Virus record (IMG/VR): IMGVR_UViG_3300027733_000033
Reading direction: 5' to 3' (one strand)
Source of the DNA: a virus
DNA: 64,000 nt
Shown here: in pieces, positions 9,119-18,406 of the stretch
How the letters are laid out: each line of letters opens with the position of its first letter
Numbering within the stretch: position 1 is the stretch's first letter
Position numbers and translations under genes: made by a program
Notes under the pieces: generated by a model
Seen by the model: the letters and a program-made list of their open reading frames with translations, nothing else
Told to the model about the DNA's origin: nothing
Database searches by the model: none

Positions 9119-9662
9119 AAATTATTTTAATAAAATTAGGAACAGGTCGTTGTTTCCAGCTGTGTAATTTAGTTTTACTGCCATTGTAATAGTTACGATA
9201 TGACTGAAGAGAGTCACCTTTGATGATATAGTCAACTGGCATAGCCGGCGTTGGCTCGGTAAACAATTTAGTCGAAATATTAAATGGAGCATACTGTAAT
9301 TTATCAACTAAGCCTGTACGCTCACATTTATGAGTTTTACCATATCGATAGGTATATTCTTTACACAACTCTACAAGTAAAGAATGCAACCACTGATAAT
9401 TTTCAAACCCATGACGAGCCCAAATAGCAGATGGGTGATTTATATGAGTCGCAGCATACAAAATATCTTCATATGAATTGTTAAGTTTCCAAACTTTTTT
9501 ATTACGACCTGAAGCTGAAACAGCCGCAGTTTCAACGCCGTCTAAAACACGATGCGCAGTTGATAATAACTGCGAATATTCAAGAATCATTTTGACGACA
9601 TGTTTGTCAACATGATATCTGGCACAAATAGATTGGTCGTAATCAAGATAAAATATGTTCAT
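9117..9662 (-). CDS. Pyrimidine-dimer DNA glycosylase (DenV-related family)
   Basis: MNIFYLD...DKHVVKMILEYSQLLSTAH...THINHPSAIW...EYTYRYGKTH. Confidence 0.8.
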   Translation of the reverse strand: MNIFYLDYDQSICARYHVDKHVVKMILEYSQLLSTAHRVLDGVETAAVSASGRNKKVWKLNNSYEDILYAATHINHPSAIWARHGFENYQWLHSLLVELCKEYTYRYGKTHKCERTGLVDKLQYAPFNISTKLFTEPTPAMPVDYIIKGDSLQSYRNYYNGSKTKLHSWKQRPVPNFIKII

Positions 9663-9667
9663 AGTGT

Positions 9668-10063
9668 TTAGCCTAATAAAGATAAAAATTCGTATTCAGT
9701 AATTTTACTGTTCAATAAGGTGTCTAAAGCGCCTAACCTAGCCAAAGCAGAAAATGTACGTTTTAATTCATAAATATCGGTAGGAGAAGGCTCATCACCT
9801 AACGTTAGGATTTTAACGTGAAGAATTGTATATGACGAATGAAAGAAATTACTGACATACATTATATCTTTTTCACGTTGAGTTAATTCTACAATCTCAA
9901 ACAATTTTGTAAACTGGATATCGTTATCAGCAAAAGGCTGATCCCATAAATTAGGATTGGTTTGTTTGTAATACTTATTAGTTAATTCCATTGTTTGAGA
10001 ATTACTATTTGGTTTCTCTAACGCTTCAACTAGTCCTAACGCTACTTCGTATGCTGATTTCAT
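9668..10063 (-). CDS. Hypothetical early protein
   Basis: ORF behind tandem promoters. Confidence 0.65.
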   Translation of the reverse strand: MKSAYEVALGLVEALEKPNSNSQTMELTNKYYKQTNPNLWDQPFADNDIQFTKLFEIVELTQREKDIMYVSNFFHSSYTILHVKILTLGDEPSPTDIYELKRTFSALARLGALDTLLNSKITEYEFLSLLG

Positions 10064-10155
10064 AATTTACACTCCAATTTAACTAAAGATAACTTCATTA
10101 CGATCTATTATACCTTAAATGACTCAAAAGTAAAGCTTTATTTTAAGGCTTAATG

Positions 10156-10236
10156 ATATTTTTAAGCGCTTAACCTCAATTCACGCCCGACTAGGCTATT
10201 ATACGTGTTTGGGTGTATAAAGTAAAGTTTTATTTT
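10156..10236 (-). repeat. Type-B promoter/leader repeat, copy 1
   Basis: atatttttaagcgcttaacctcaattcacgcccgactaggctattatacg; also at about 29053, 44708 and 54002. Confidence 0.9.
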
Positions 10237-10237
10237 T

Positions 10238-10346
10238 ACTAAATATTTTGTACAAAAAAAGCCACTCGCGGGATTGCAGTCCCCAGTGGCACTAATCATC
10301 CTAACATTAATTACGAGAACTAACATGACCAGCACAAGTATTTATA
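10238..10346 (+). promoter_or_regulatory. Endonuclease leader element: late promoter ACTAAATA, covarying stem-loop, antisense TATAAATA
   Basis: GCCACT-CGC-GGGA-TTGCAG-TCCC-C-AGTGGC; homologous elements at 15061, 22046 and 55311. Confidence 0.8.
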
Positions 10347-11022
10347 CTCCCATCACACCCACCTATCTGTACATCAAACAACACTCCATCACAAAAAAGA
10401 AATACTTCGGTAAGACCACTAGAGACCCATACACATACAACGGCTCAGGGGTTTATTGGACCAATCACATCAAGAAACACAGCAAAGAACACATCGTAAC
10501 TTTATGGGTTTCTGAGTTGTATTATGACACGTCAATTGTAGAAGTAGCCTTAAAGTTTTCTTCAGATAACGACATAGTCAAATCTAAAGAATGGGCAAAT
10601 ACGGAACCAGAAAACGGGTTAAATGGATGCCCTCCTGGCACAAAACGTTCAGAAGAAGCTAAGATTAATATGCGTAAGCCTAGATCAGAAGAAGCTAAGG
10701 TTAATATGCGTAAATCAGAAGAAACTAAAGCCAAAATGCGTAGACCTCGTTCAGAAAAAGCTAAGGCTAATATGAAAGGCAGAGCTCCAAATAAAGGTAA
10801 ATCCACATCACAAGAAACTAAAGACAAAATGTCTGCTAATATGACAGGCAAAAAACGTGGTCCATATAAAAAATCAAGTAAACCTAGAAACCCACGCTCA
10901 GATAAAGGTAAACCTAGAAAACAAGTCACATGTCCACATTGCGGTAAACTGGAGGTGAAAATGGAATGAAAAGATGGCATTTTGATAAATGTAAAGCAGA
11001 AACATCAGTCTCTTTATTTTAA
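10325..11022 (+). CDS. Seg-like GIY-YIG homing endonuclease with NUMOD3-like repeats (frameshift in the C-terminal Zn ribbon)
   Basis: YLYIKQH...YFGKT...YNGSG, (R/H)SEEAK.NMRKP repeats and CPHCGK. One A is missing near 10946 relative to paralog 55394; the restored tail reads TGGENGMKRWHFDKCK. Confidence 0.85.
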
Positions 11023-11061
11023 CATTAAATAATTTACAGTGAATAAAATACTGAGGATATA

Positions 11062-12648
11062 ATGGATTTAAATAATACTGGATACAACGGCAACCGAAAT
11101 TTAAAGCAGGTTGGGTTACCAATTGAGTTCACCGCAGAGCGACTCGAAGAATACATTAAATGTAAAAACGATCCTGTCTACTTCATAATAACATACTGTA
11201 AGGTTGTTTCGTTAGACAGAGGATTTGTTAATTTTGATTTGTATGAATACCAAGAAAGATTCATTAACGCTATTCATACAAATAGAAAGGTCGCTGGAAT
11301 GTTTAGTCGCCAGCAGGGTAAAACAACAACATCTGCTGCTTACATATTACATTACGTTACATTTAACGACCATAAAACGGTTGCGATTTTGGCTAATAAA
11401 AGCGCCGCCGCCCGTGAAGTTATGAGCAGAATACAGCTCATGTTTGAAGCCTTACCTATATGGCTTCAACAGGGAATTAAGACTTGGAATAAAGGTGACA
11501 TTGAATTAGAAAACGGATCTAAGATTTTCACATCTGCTACGACAGGATCTGGTATTCGTGGTAAATCTGTTAACATGTTATACATTGATGAGATTTCATC
11601 AATTGCTAATACGATTGCTGAAGAGTTTTTCACGTCAACTTACCCCGTTATTTCTTCTGGTAAAGATACTAAAATTTTGATGACGTCAACCCCAATTGGT
11701 TATAACTATTGGTGGAAAGTATGGAACGAAGCTGAAAATGGAATAAATGGCTTTTTACCCTTTAAGGCAGAATGGCACGAACATCCTGAACGTGATGAAA
11801 AGTGGGCAGCTGAACAAAAGGCGTTTCTTGGTGAAGTTAAATTTAATCAAGAAGTATTATGCCATTTCCTCGGTTCTGCGAACACATTAATTGATGCAAC
11901 GACACTAGGATCATTATCTCCTAAGCCGTTTGTGTACTCAACGCAAGACGGCTTAGACATCCTAGAAAAGCCTACACCAAACCATTTTTACGCTTTAGTC
12001 GCAGACACCTCTGAGGGAGTCGGTGGGGACTTCTCAGCGTTTGTTCTAATTGATATTACCGTTTATCCGTTTAAATTGGTAGCTAAGTATAAAAACAATA
12101 AGATTAGTCCTATGTTATATCCTAACGTAATACACAAAGTTGCTTTAGAATATAACAACGCCTATGTTTTGATTGAGATTAATAAATCTCAAGAAGTCGC
12201 TATGATATTGTATGATGAATACGAATACGAGAATATGATATCAGTTAAACGAGGAACAAAGGGACAAGTGCCAGTTGATGGTGGATACAGCAAAGGTTTA
12301 TTAGGCGTTACCACTGATAAAAAAGTTAAACGTCAGGGATGTCAAGCCTTAAAATCTTTGATGGAAGAAAAGAAACTACTGGTTTTTGATACAGACGTTA
12401 TCGGTGAATTCACTACCTTTATCGAGAAAAATGGCTCGTTTGCCGGCGATTCTGGTGCTCATGATGATTTGGTGATGTGTTTAGTATTATTTGGATGGTT
12501 AACATCAAGTGAATATTTTAAAGATATGACTAATATGGATACAAGAAAAGAATTATATTCTGCGCATATGGATATGATTGAATCATCTATGCTACCTGTT
12601 GGATGGTTAGTTGATGGCACAGAACAACCGCAATATGTAAATTTTTAG
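11062..12648 (+). CDS. gp17: Terminase large subunit
   Basis: GYNGNRNLK, SRQQGKTT (Walker A), YIDE (Walker B), TSTP, ADTSEGVGGDFS and HDDLVM. Confidence 0.96.
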   Translation: MDLNNTGYNGNRNLKQVGLPIEFTAERLEEYIKCKNDPVYFIITYCKVVSLDRGFVNFDLYEYQERFINAIHTNRKVAGMFSRQQGKTTTSAAYILHYVTFNDHKTVAILANKSAAAREVMSRIQLMFEALPIWLQQGIKTWNKGDIELENGSKIFTSATTGSGIRGKSVNMLYIDEISSIANTIAEEFFTSTYPVISSGKDTKILMTSTPIGYNYWWKVWNEAENGINGFLPFKAEWHEHPERDEKWAAEQKAFLGEVKFNQEVLCHFLGSANTLIDATTLGSLSPKPFVYSTQDGLDILEKPTPNHFYALVADTSEGVGGDFSAFVLIDITVYPFKLVAKYKNNKISPMLYPNVIHKVALEYNNAYVLIEINKSQEVAMILYDEYEYENMISVKRGTKGQVPVDGGYSKGLLGVTTDKKVKRQGCQALKSLMEEKKLLVFDTDVIGEFTTFIEKNGSFAGDSGAHDDLVMCLVLFGWLTSSEYFKDMTNMDTRKELYSAHMDMIESSMLPVGWLVDGTEQPQYVNF

Positions 12649-12694
12649 GAAAAATATGATTAACTTTAAACAGTTTAGAGAACAGCTCGACGAA
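12643..12694 (+). repeat. 52-bp RBS + capsid-targeting leader cassette, copy 1
   Basis: ttttaggaaaaatATGATTAACTTTAAACAGTTTAGAGAACAGCTCGACGAA, identical to 13502..13553. Confidence 0.95.
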
Positions 12695-13492
12695 ACAATG
12701 CTAGTTGAATCTTCACAAAAAGAACAATTTATCTATAACTCTCATGGTAGCCATGCCTTATTAAAAAGAAAATCTATAAATTTTTCATTAAAAGAAAATG
12801 TTGTTAATCCAAGTTTTGAAAAACATTTTCTAGGGCATAAAACTGATAAGTCATACAGTGAAAATCACAGAGATGAAATATCGAAAAGTAGGGAAATCGT
12901 AGGGAAATTAATAAAAAATAATCCTATATCAAAAGATGCTAGAGAATACATAAGCTCTTATATGCTGAATGATTCTTCAGGACTGACAAAAAGATTATTG
13001 GATACACATAAGCATGTTATGAAACATAATAATCTGGATAATTTTAGAAAAGATAAAAAGCCAGATAAAAAAGATAAAATTATCCAAGGATTGGATAATT
13101 ATGCATTCTCTCCAGCATCTGAAGATTTTGATTCTTATTCTGGCGTAAAATTTGATATTAGTAAAGTAAAGCCGGCTGGAAAAAGTAAAAATGGAAATCC
13201 TATTTATCATCAACCAACATTTATGTCTTCATCTACAAGTAAACATATAGCAAATGAATTTACTGATGATGAATCACCAATTAGACATATATTCCATTGG
13301 AAAAATAAAAAAGGCGATTCTATTTCAGCAGTAGCAGGCGTTCATCATGATGAGCACGAAATTTTATTAAATAGAGGAAATAAAAATACTTATATTGAAC
13401 ATTTAGGTCATAAGGATTATACTGATAAAAATGGAAAAATTGTTAGGGTTCATGAAGTAAGAAAAGTTTCAGATTTAGAAATTAACAACTAA
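12656..13492 (+). CDS. Virion-packaged ADP-ribosyltransferase-like protein (Alt/C2-C3 type)
   Basis: Leader MINFKQFREQLDE; SYSG (Ser at the usual Arg position), FMSSSTS and DEHEILLNRG (ExE) motifs. Confidence 0.75.
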   Translation: MINFKQFREQLDETMLVESSQKEQFIYNSHGSHALLKRKSINFSLKENVVNPSFEKHFLGHKTDKSYSENHRDEISKSREIVGKLIKNNPISKDAREYISSYMLNDSSGLTKRLLDTHKHVMKHNNLDNFRKDKKPDKKDKIIQGLDNYAFSPASEDFDSYSGVKFDISKVKPAGKSKNGNPIYHQPTFMSSSTSKHIANEFTDDESPIRHIFHWKNKKGDSISAVAGVHHDEHEILLNRGNKNTYIEHLGHKDYTDKNGKIVRVHEVRKVSDLEINN

Positions 13493-13501
13493 GAAACCGA
13501 A

Positions 13502-13553
13502 TTTTAGGAAAAATATGATTAACTTTAAACAGTTTAGAGAACAGCTCGACGAA
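13502..13553 (+). repeat. 52-bp RBS + capsid-targeting leader cassette, copy 2
   Basis: Identical to 12643..12694. Confidence 0.95.
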
Positions 13554-14975
13554 GCCAGAAAAAACCCTGAGATGAACCCTAGAATCTCAGCATACGAAGC
13601 ATTGTTACCGTATAAAGATGACGATAACGCATTTATACATTTTACCAATTTGAACAAACTTGGTATTAACCCTTTATCTGGATTTGAAACCCCAGTCGGT
13701 GTTTACGCTTACCCGCTAAAACAAGTTTGGAATCTTTATAAAGTAGATAAAGCAAAATCTTTATCTGTGTTACCATTTGGTTCTGATAGAGCCTATATTC
13801 AATTATTCAAATGGAACGGCAAAGGCAAATTAGTCAGCGATTTAAAAAAGGATTATACAAGCACAGATTATGATTCTGATATGCGTAAGTTGAGAACAAT
13901 CTATAAGGATATTCAGTCTAAAACTGATACATCAAAAGCATGGAATGCTTTAGTTAAAGGCATTTTTAAACACAAATTAGAAATTCCAGATGATTTTGAA
14001 GAAGGCAATGTCGTCAATATAACTCACCTTTTGGATACTGTGTTTGGTTCAGATAAAGTTCGTCGCGGCATAACAATCAAAGATAGTCCTAGAACAAAGC
14101 CTATTTTTGATGATATACTGAAAGCCGGTAAAGTGTATATGAAAGATAAAAAATCTGATTCAAATTGGGATAAGTTTAGTAAGAAATTTGAACTTTACCA
14201 TATTGAACCACCTCCCCGTATGGCAATTCTTTTTGTGAGTGCAGATGAACTTGAATATGAAATTGAAGATGCTATAAGAAACTCAGACAAATATCGTACA
14301 TGGGAAATTAACGTAAACAAGCCGGCTATTTATAGGGAACTAAAACCGCTTCAAGACGCATACAATAATTCTCTATTTAATGTTGATGATATAATTAATG
14401 CCGCTACAGAAAAAACTCGCAACCCATCACCAGCAACTTGTTTCTGGAATGTAACCCGTTGGTTGTCTAATTATGGGATAGATCCTAATGTCAGAAGATT
14501 TACCAGTGATGTTATGTTTGCTAAAGACGGGCATCATAGACAAATTCAAGCGCCTACGTTAGATACAGCAGAAATTAAAGCCGGCTCTAGACAATGGGGA
14601 AATCTGTTACGAAAACTAGGTTACGCGGGATTTGTTGATAGAAGAGCAGATGGCATTATACACCCTGCTGAACCTTGTCAGGCTGTATTTACCGGTATGG
14701 ATTACATTGAGTTGATTGACACTGTGCTTAATAAGGATTATGCCAAACTTAAACACGATGATGAAGTAACATTAGAAAATTTAAAAAATGCTTCTCATAA
14801 AGACTTGATGGATTATATTATGAATTGGAACGCTAATGCTATTGACAAAATTGATATGAAATATTTGAAATGGATAAATGATTCAACAGATTTAGCCAAA
14901 ATGGTTGTTGGTATGATGATTAAAGGTTCTACAACGACAAAAATAACCCAAGAAATTGATTATATCAAAAGCTGA
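13515..14975 (+). CDS. Virion-packaged protein with possible divergent ART-like domain
   Basis: Same leader; FIHFT..LGINP..TPVGVYAYPL and LRKLGYAGFVD..GIIHPAEPCQAVF motifs. Confidence 0.55.
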   Translation: MINFKQFREQLDEARKNPEMNPRISAYEALLPYKDDDNAFIHFTNLNKLGINPLSGFETPVGVYAYPLKQVWNLYKVDKAKSLSVLPFGSDRAYIQLFKWNGKGKLVSDLKKDYTSTDYDSDMRKLRTIYKDIQSKTDTSKAWNALVKGIFKHKLEIPDDFEEGNVVNITHLLDTVFGSDKVRRGITIKDSPRTKPIFDDILKAGKVYMKDKKSDSNWDKFSKKFELYHIEPPPRMAILFVSADELEYEIEDAIRNSDKYRTWEINVNKPAIYRELKPLQDAYNNSLFNVDDIINAATEKTRNPSPATCFWNVTRWLSNYGIDPNVRRFTSDVMFAKDGHHRQIQAPTLDTAEIKAGSRQWGNLLRKLGYAGFVDRRADGIIHPAEPCQAVFTGMDYIELIDTVLNKDYAKLKHDDEVTLENLKNASHKDLMDYIMNWNANAIDKIDMKYLKWINDSTDLAKMVVGMMIKGSTTTKITQEIDYIKS

Positions 14976-14980
14976 TAATA

Positions 14981-15013
14981 TGACGCCCAGTTCCTATTTG
15001 GTTCTGGGCGTCA
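14981..15013. terminator. 10-bp hairpin terminator
   Basis: TGACGCCCAG...CTGGGCGTCA after the stop codon. Confidence 0.75.
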
Positions 15014-15060
15014 AAATATTAATCGTTCAATATCAATACAACCGTCTAAAATTAAAATTT

Positions 15061-15158
15061 ACTAAATAATTATATAGTAAGATTCGCGATATTACCAGTA
15101 TCCAATCTTTCTAATACTTTGATTTTAATGGAGGAAGTACCAGCTATGAATATTTATA
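15061..15158 (+). promoter_or_regulatory. Endonuclease leader element (HNH copy)
   Basis: ACTAAATA; AAGATT-CGC-GATA-TTACCAG-TATC-C-AATCTT; CTAATACT...AGTACCAG; antisense TATAAATA at 15151-15158. Confidence 0.75.
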
Positions 15159-16618
15159 CGATTTTAAGTTCAATGAAACATAATAAACTTCAATTAAACA
15201 GATATTTAAAGTTTATTGATTGGTGTTCAAAAACAAATATTAACGGCGTTGAATTTGCACATTTGCACCATATATGTCCTAAATCTATGTTTCCTATGTA
15301 TTCAAATTTAACTACAAATAAATGGAATGGAATAAAGTTAACACATAGACAACATTACATTGCTCATTTAATGTTAACTAAAGTTTACCCAAAATCTATA
15401 AAAATGACAAGGGCATTTATATGTATGAACGCTAGTAGTCCACAATTCATAAAAATACATTCAAAATGTTATGCTAGTAATGTAGCAAAATTAAATGGGA
15501 AAGTTATAGCAAAAAATAAAATCACCGGAAAATATGAACACATCACATCTGAAGAATACGCTAAAGGTAATCATACGCATAATAGCGTAGGTATGGTAAC
15601 TGCAATTGATGCTGCTGGAAATATTATAAAGGTGACATCAGAAAAATTCAATTCTACAGAAAATTTAAAGGGTGTAAAAGCCAATACCGTTTCTGTTATA
15701 TTTAAAGATAACAGCACTGGGCATGTAACAAAAGAACAATTTGATTCTAATGATGAATTAGTTGGTGTGTTAAATGGAAAAGTATATGCAAAAAATAATG
15801 AATCAGGAAATTATGAATGGATAACTCCAGAAATATATTCTAAAGGCGATTATACACATTTTAATAAAGGTTTGATCACTGGTAAAAATAAAATCACCGG
15901 TGATGTCGAAAGAATAACTTCTGAAGAATACGCTAAAGGCAATCATACGCATAATAGCGTAGGTATGGTAGCTATATCATTAAATGATGGAACATACGCT
16001 AAAGTTACAAAGGAAGAATTTAATAAAGGCGGCTATAAAGGAGTAAATAGTGGTTATGTTATAGCAAAAAATAAAATCACCGGTGAATCTAAAAGGATAA
16101 CTTCTGAAGAATATTTTTTGAATTGTGACTATACCACACACCATTCAGGAACAGTTATAGCAAAAAATAAAATCACCGGTGATGTCGAAAGAATAACTTC
16201 TGAAGAATACGCTAAAGGCAATCATACACACAGCACAACAGGAACAGTTACAGCAAAAAATAAAATCACCGGTGATGTCGAAAGAATAACTTCTGAAGAA
16301 TACGCTAAAGGCAATCATACACATGATAATAAAAATATGGTCACTGTAGTATTAAATGATGGAACATACGCTAAAGTTACAAAGGAAGAATTTAATAAAG
16401 GCGGCTATAAAGGAGTAAATAGTGGAAAATGTTCTGTTCGTTCTATACACAAAATAGGCTCATATAGAATACCCTGTGGGACACTAAAAGATTACGAAGT
16501 GACCGTATATAAAAAAATTGTTTATGTTCATAATAGTTCAACTAATGAAGAAAAAATTTTATCTAAAAATGAATTCGTTGATGAAAAATGGAAACTGGGA
16601 AAACTAGAAAAAAATTAA
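15146..16618 (+). CDS. HNH endonuclease with about 10 tandem 30-32-aa repeats
   Basis: HLHHICPKS...LTHRQHYIAHLML nuclease, then G.V.AKNKITG..ERITSEEY.KGNHTH repeats. GGAGG RBS precedes the ATG at 15146. Confidence 0.85.
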   Translation: MNIYTILSSMKHNKLQLNRYLKFIDWCSKTNINGVEFAHLHHICPKSMFPMYSNLTTNKWNGIKLTHRQHYIAHLMLTKVYPKSIKMTRAFICMNASSPQFIKIHSKCYASNVAKLNGKVIAKNKITGKYEHITSEEYAKGNHTHNSVGMVTAIDAAGNIIKVTSEKFNSTENLKGVKANTVSVIFKDNSTGHVTKEQFDSNDELVGVLNGKVYAKNNESGNYEWITPEIYSKGDYTHFNKGLITGKNKITGDVERITSEEYAKGNHTHNSVGMVAISLNDGTYAKVTKEEFNKGGYKGVNSGYVIAKNKITGESKRITSEEYFLNCDYTTHHSGTVIAKNKITGDVERITSEEYAKGNHTHSTTGTVTAKNKITGDVERITSEEYAKGNHTHDNKNMVTVVLNDGTYAKVTKEEFNKGGYKGVNSGKCSVRSIHKIGSYRIPCGTLKDYEVTVYKKIVYVHNSSTNEEKILSKNEFVDEKWKLGKLEKN

Positions 16619-16642
16619 AATTTATGATTGTTTGAATTTTAT

Positions 16643-16682
16643 AAATTGGGTGCATGCCTTAATAAACATTGCACCCAATTTT
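16643..16682. terminator. Bidirectional hairpin between convergent genes
   Basis: AAATTGGGTGCA...TGCACCCAATTT. Confidence 0.75.
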
Positions 16683-18398
16683 TTATTTATTGTGGATAAT
16701 CACAGAAAAATCATTTTGTTTTTCTACTTGTATAACATCGTCAAACATATCTTTGACGTGTTCATCGTGAGATATAATAAATACACTAATCCCTATTTGC
16801 GATTTCAACACACCTATTAATGAAGTAGAACCTTCTCCATCTAAAGAACCAGAAAATATCTCATCTAATATTAAAAGATTCGTATTAGCAGAATTCTTAA
16901 GTTTAGCAATTTCTCTCCAAGCAAATAAAAGCGCTAAATCAATTCTAGATTTTTCACCCTCAGAAAAATTATCATATGTCATTGTATCTCTATATCTTGA
17001 TTTGATAACCTCGTTAAATTGCTCATCTAAGTTAAAGTCACAATAGAAATCCATAACAGCAAGATATTTGTTAATTAAGGTATTCATCAGTGGTAAATAC
17101 TCACGAATGATAGCCGTTTTAATACCGCCGTCTTTCAGCAATAATACCCCTACATCTTCAACACCCTTTTGCTCAACCAATATCTTTTTGCGGTTTATTA
17201 GCCTAATAGCTTCTTCAACCAAATCTTTAAGTGTATTTTTCTCAGCTTCGATATTTTGAGTCGAGTTAACAGATTCCAATAAAGATTGGTTGAGTTTTGT
17301 TATCCTGGACTCAATCACATTTATTTCAGATTGTAAACCTCTAACATCATTTCTAGCTGTAACAATATCTTTCTCAGTTTCGATTATCCCAGCTAACCTT
17401 TTTTCCTGTTCTTGGTATTCCGTTCCAGACTGAATAAACAAATCATTCATATCCTTTTTACTAGATTCTAAATCGCTTAATACGCCGCCGGAATGTGTAT
17501 GTGGAATATTTTGCTGACAGGAAGGACAGCTTGCGTTTTCATTAAAGAACACAATCGATTTATCTAAGGTATCAATCTCATGCTTAACCTTTCTCATTGT
17601 ATTGTTAAGACTTTTAAGTTTAGCATTAACCGCATCTTTTTCTAAAACTGAAGGAGTTAACCCATCAATTATAGCTTGAGCCGCCGCTATTTTTGCCTGC
17701 CGATTTTCTACTGTAGTTGTATCTTCTTTGATATTCGCTTTAATAGCATCAATTTCAGACTGCTTATTGACTTCTAAATGTGCTATAATTCTTTGCTGCG
17801 ATTCAACCTTATTTTTAGCAATTTTTAATGCCGATTCAATATAGGTCAGTTCTTCTTTAGTTTTAGATAGCCGCTCTTTTAATAGTTGATTCATTATAGA
17901 AAAGATACGAATATCCAGAATATCTTCAATAATCTCTCTACGCTGACTTGAACCCATTTTCATAAACGGTGTAAACGTGGCTGAACCAAGAATAACGACC
18001 TGTGTAAACGTTTTCATATTCATCTTAAGAATCTGTTGCTCTAAAACAACCTGATAATCCTTAACAGCAGAATCTTGATTGATTAGTTCATCATTACGAT
18101 AAATCTCAAAGGTGTTAGGCTTAATGCCACGAACAACTTTATAGTAAGCGCCGCCCTCCTCAAATTCAATCTCAACGACACAATTTTTCTTATTAATACT
18201 ATTAACCAAACCGCCCTTACTGATGTTTCTAAATGGTTTACCGAATAGAGCAAAGGTTAAAGCACAAAGTACAGAACTCTTGCCATTTCCATTACCGCCT
18301 ACGATTAATGTTTGCTTGCCGGTATCTAATCTAATTTCATTAAATTGGTTGCCGGTTGATAAGAAGTTTCTCCATCTTATTGTCTTAAAATTAAGCAT
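16683..18398 (-). CDS. gp46: Recombination endonuclease ATPase subunit (Rad50/SbcC-like)
   Basis: WRNFLSTGN, GGNGNGKS, CPSC hook, FSEGEK, LILDE and IISH. Confidence 0.96.
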   Translation of the reverse strand: MLNFKTIRWRNFLSTGNQFNEIRLDTGKQTLIVGGNGNGKSSVLCALTFALFGKPFRNISKGGLVNSINKKNCVVEIEFEEGGAYYKVVRGIKPNTFEIYRNDELINQDSAVKDYQVVLEQQILKMNMKTFTQVVILGSATFTPFMKMGSSQRREIIEDILDIRIFSIMNQLLKERLSKTKEELTYIESALKIAKNKVESQQRIIAHLEVNKQSEIDAIKANIKEDTTTVENRQAKIAAAQAIIDGLTPSVLEKDAVNAKLKSLNNTMRKVKHEIDTLDKSIVFFNENASCPSCQQNIPHTHSGGVLSDLESSKKDMNDLFIQSGTEYQEQEKRLAGIIETEKDIVTARNDVRGLQSEINVIESRITKLNQSLLESVNSTQNIEAEKNTLKDLVEEAIRLINRKKILVEQKGVEDVGVLLLKDGGIKTAIIREYLPLMNTLINKYLAVMDFYCDFNLDEQFNEVIKSRYRDTMTYDNFSEGEKSRIDLALLFAWREIAKLKNSANTNLLILDEIFSGSLDGEGSTSLIGVLKSQIGISVFIISHDEHVKDMFDDVIQVEKQNDFSVIIHNK

Positions 18399-18406
18399 CT
18401 TATCCC

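Noticed and set aside
1078-12648. Stop-codon reassignment
   Set aside because: Core genes are full length in the standard code, gp41 and gp17 end at TAG, and no suppressor tRNA is present.
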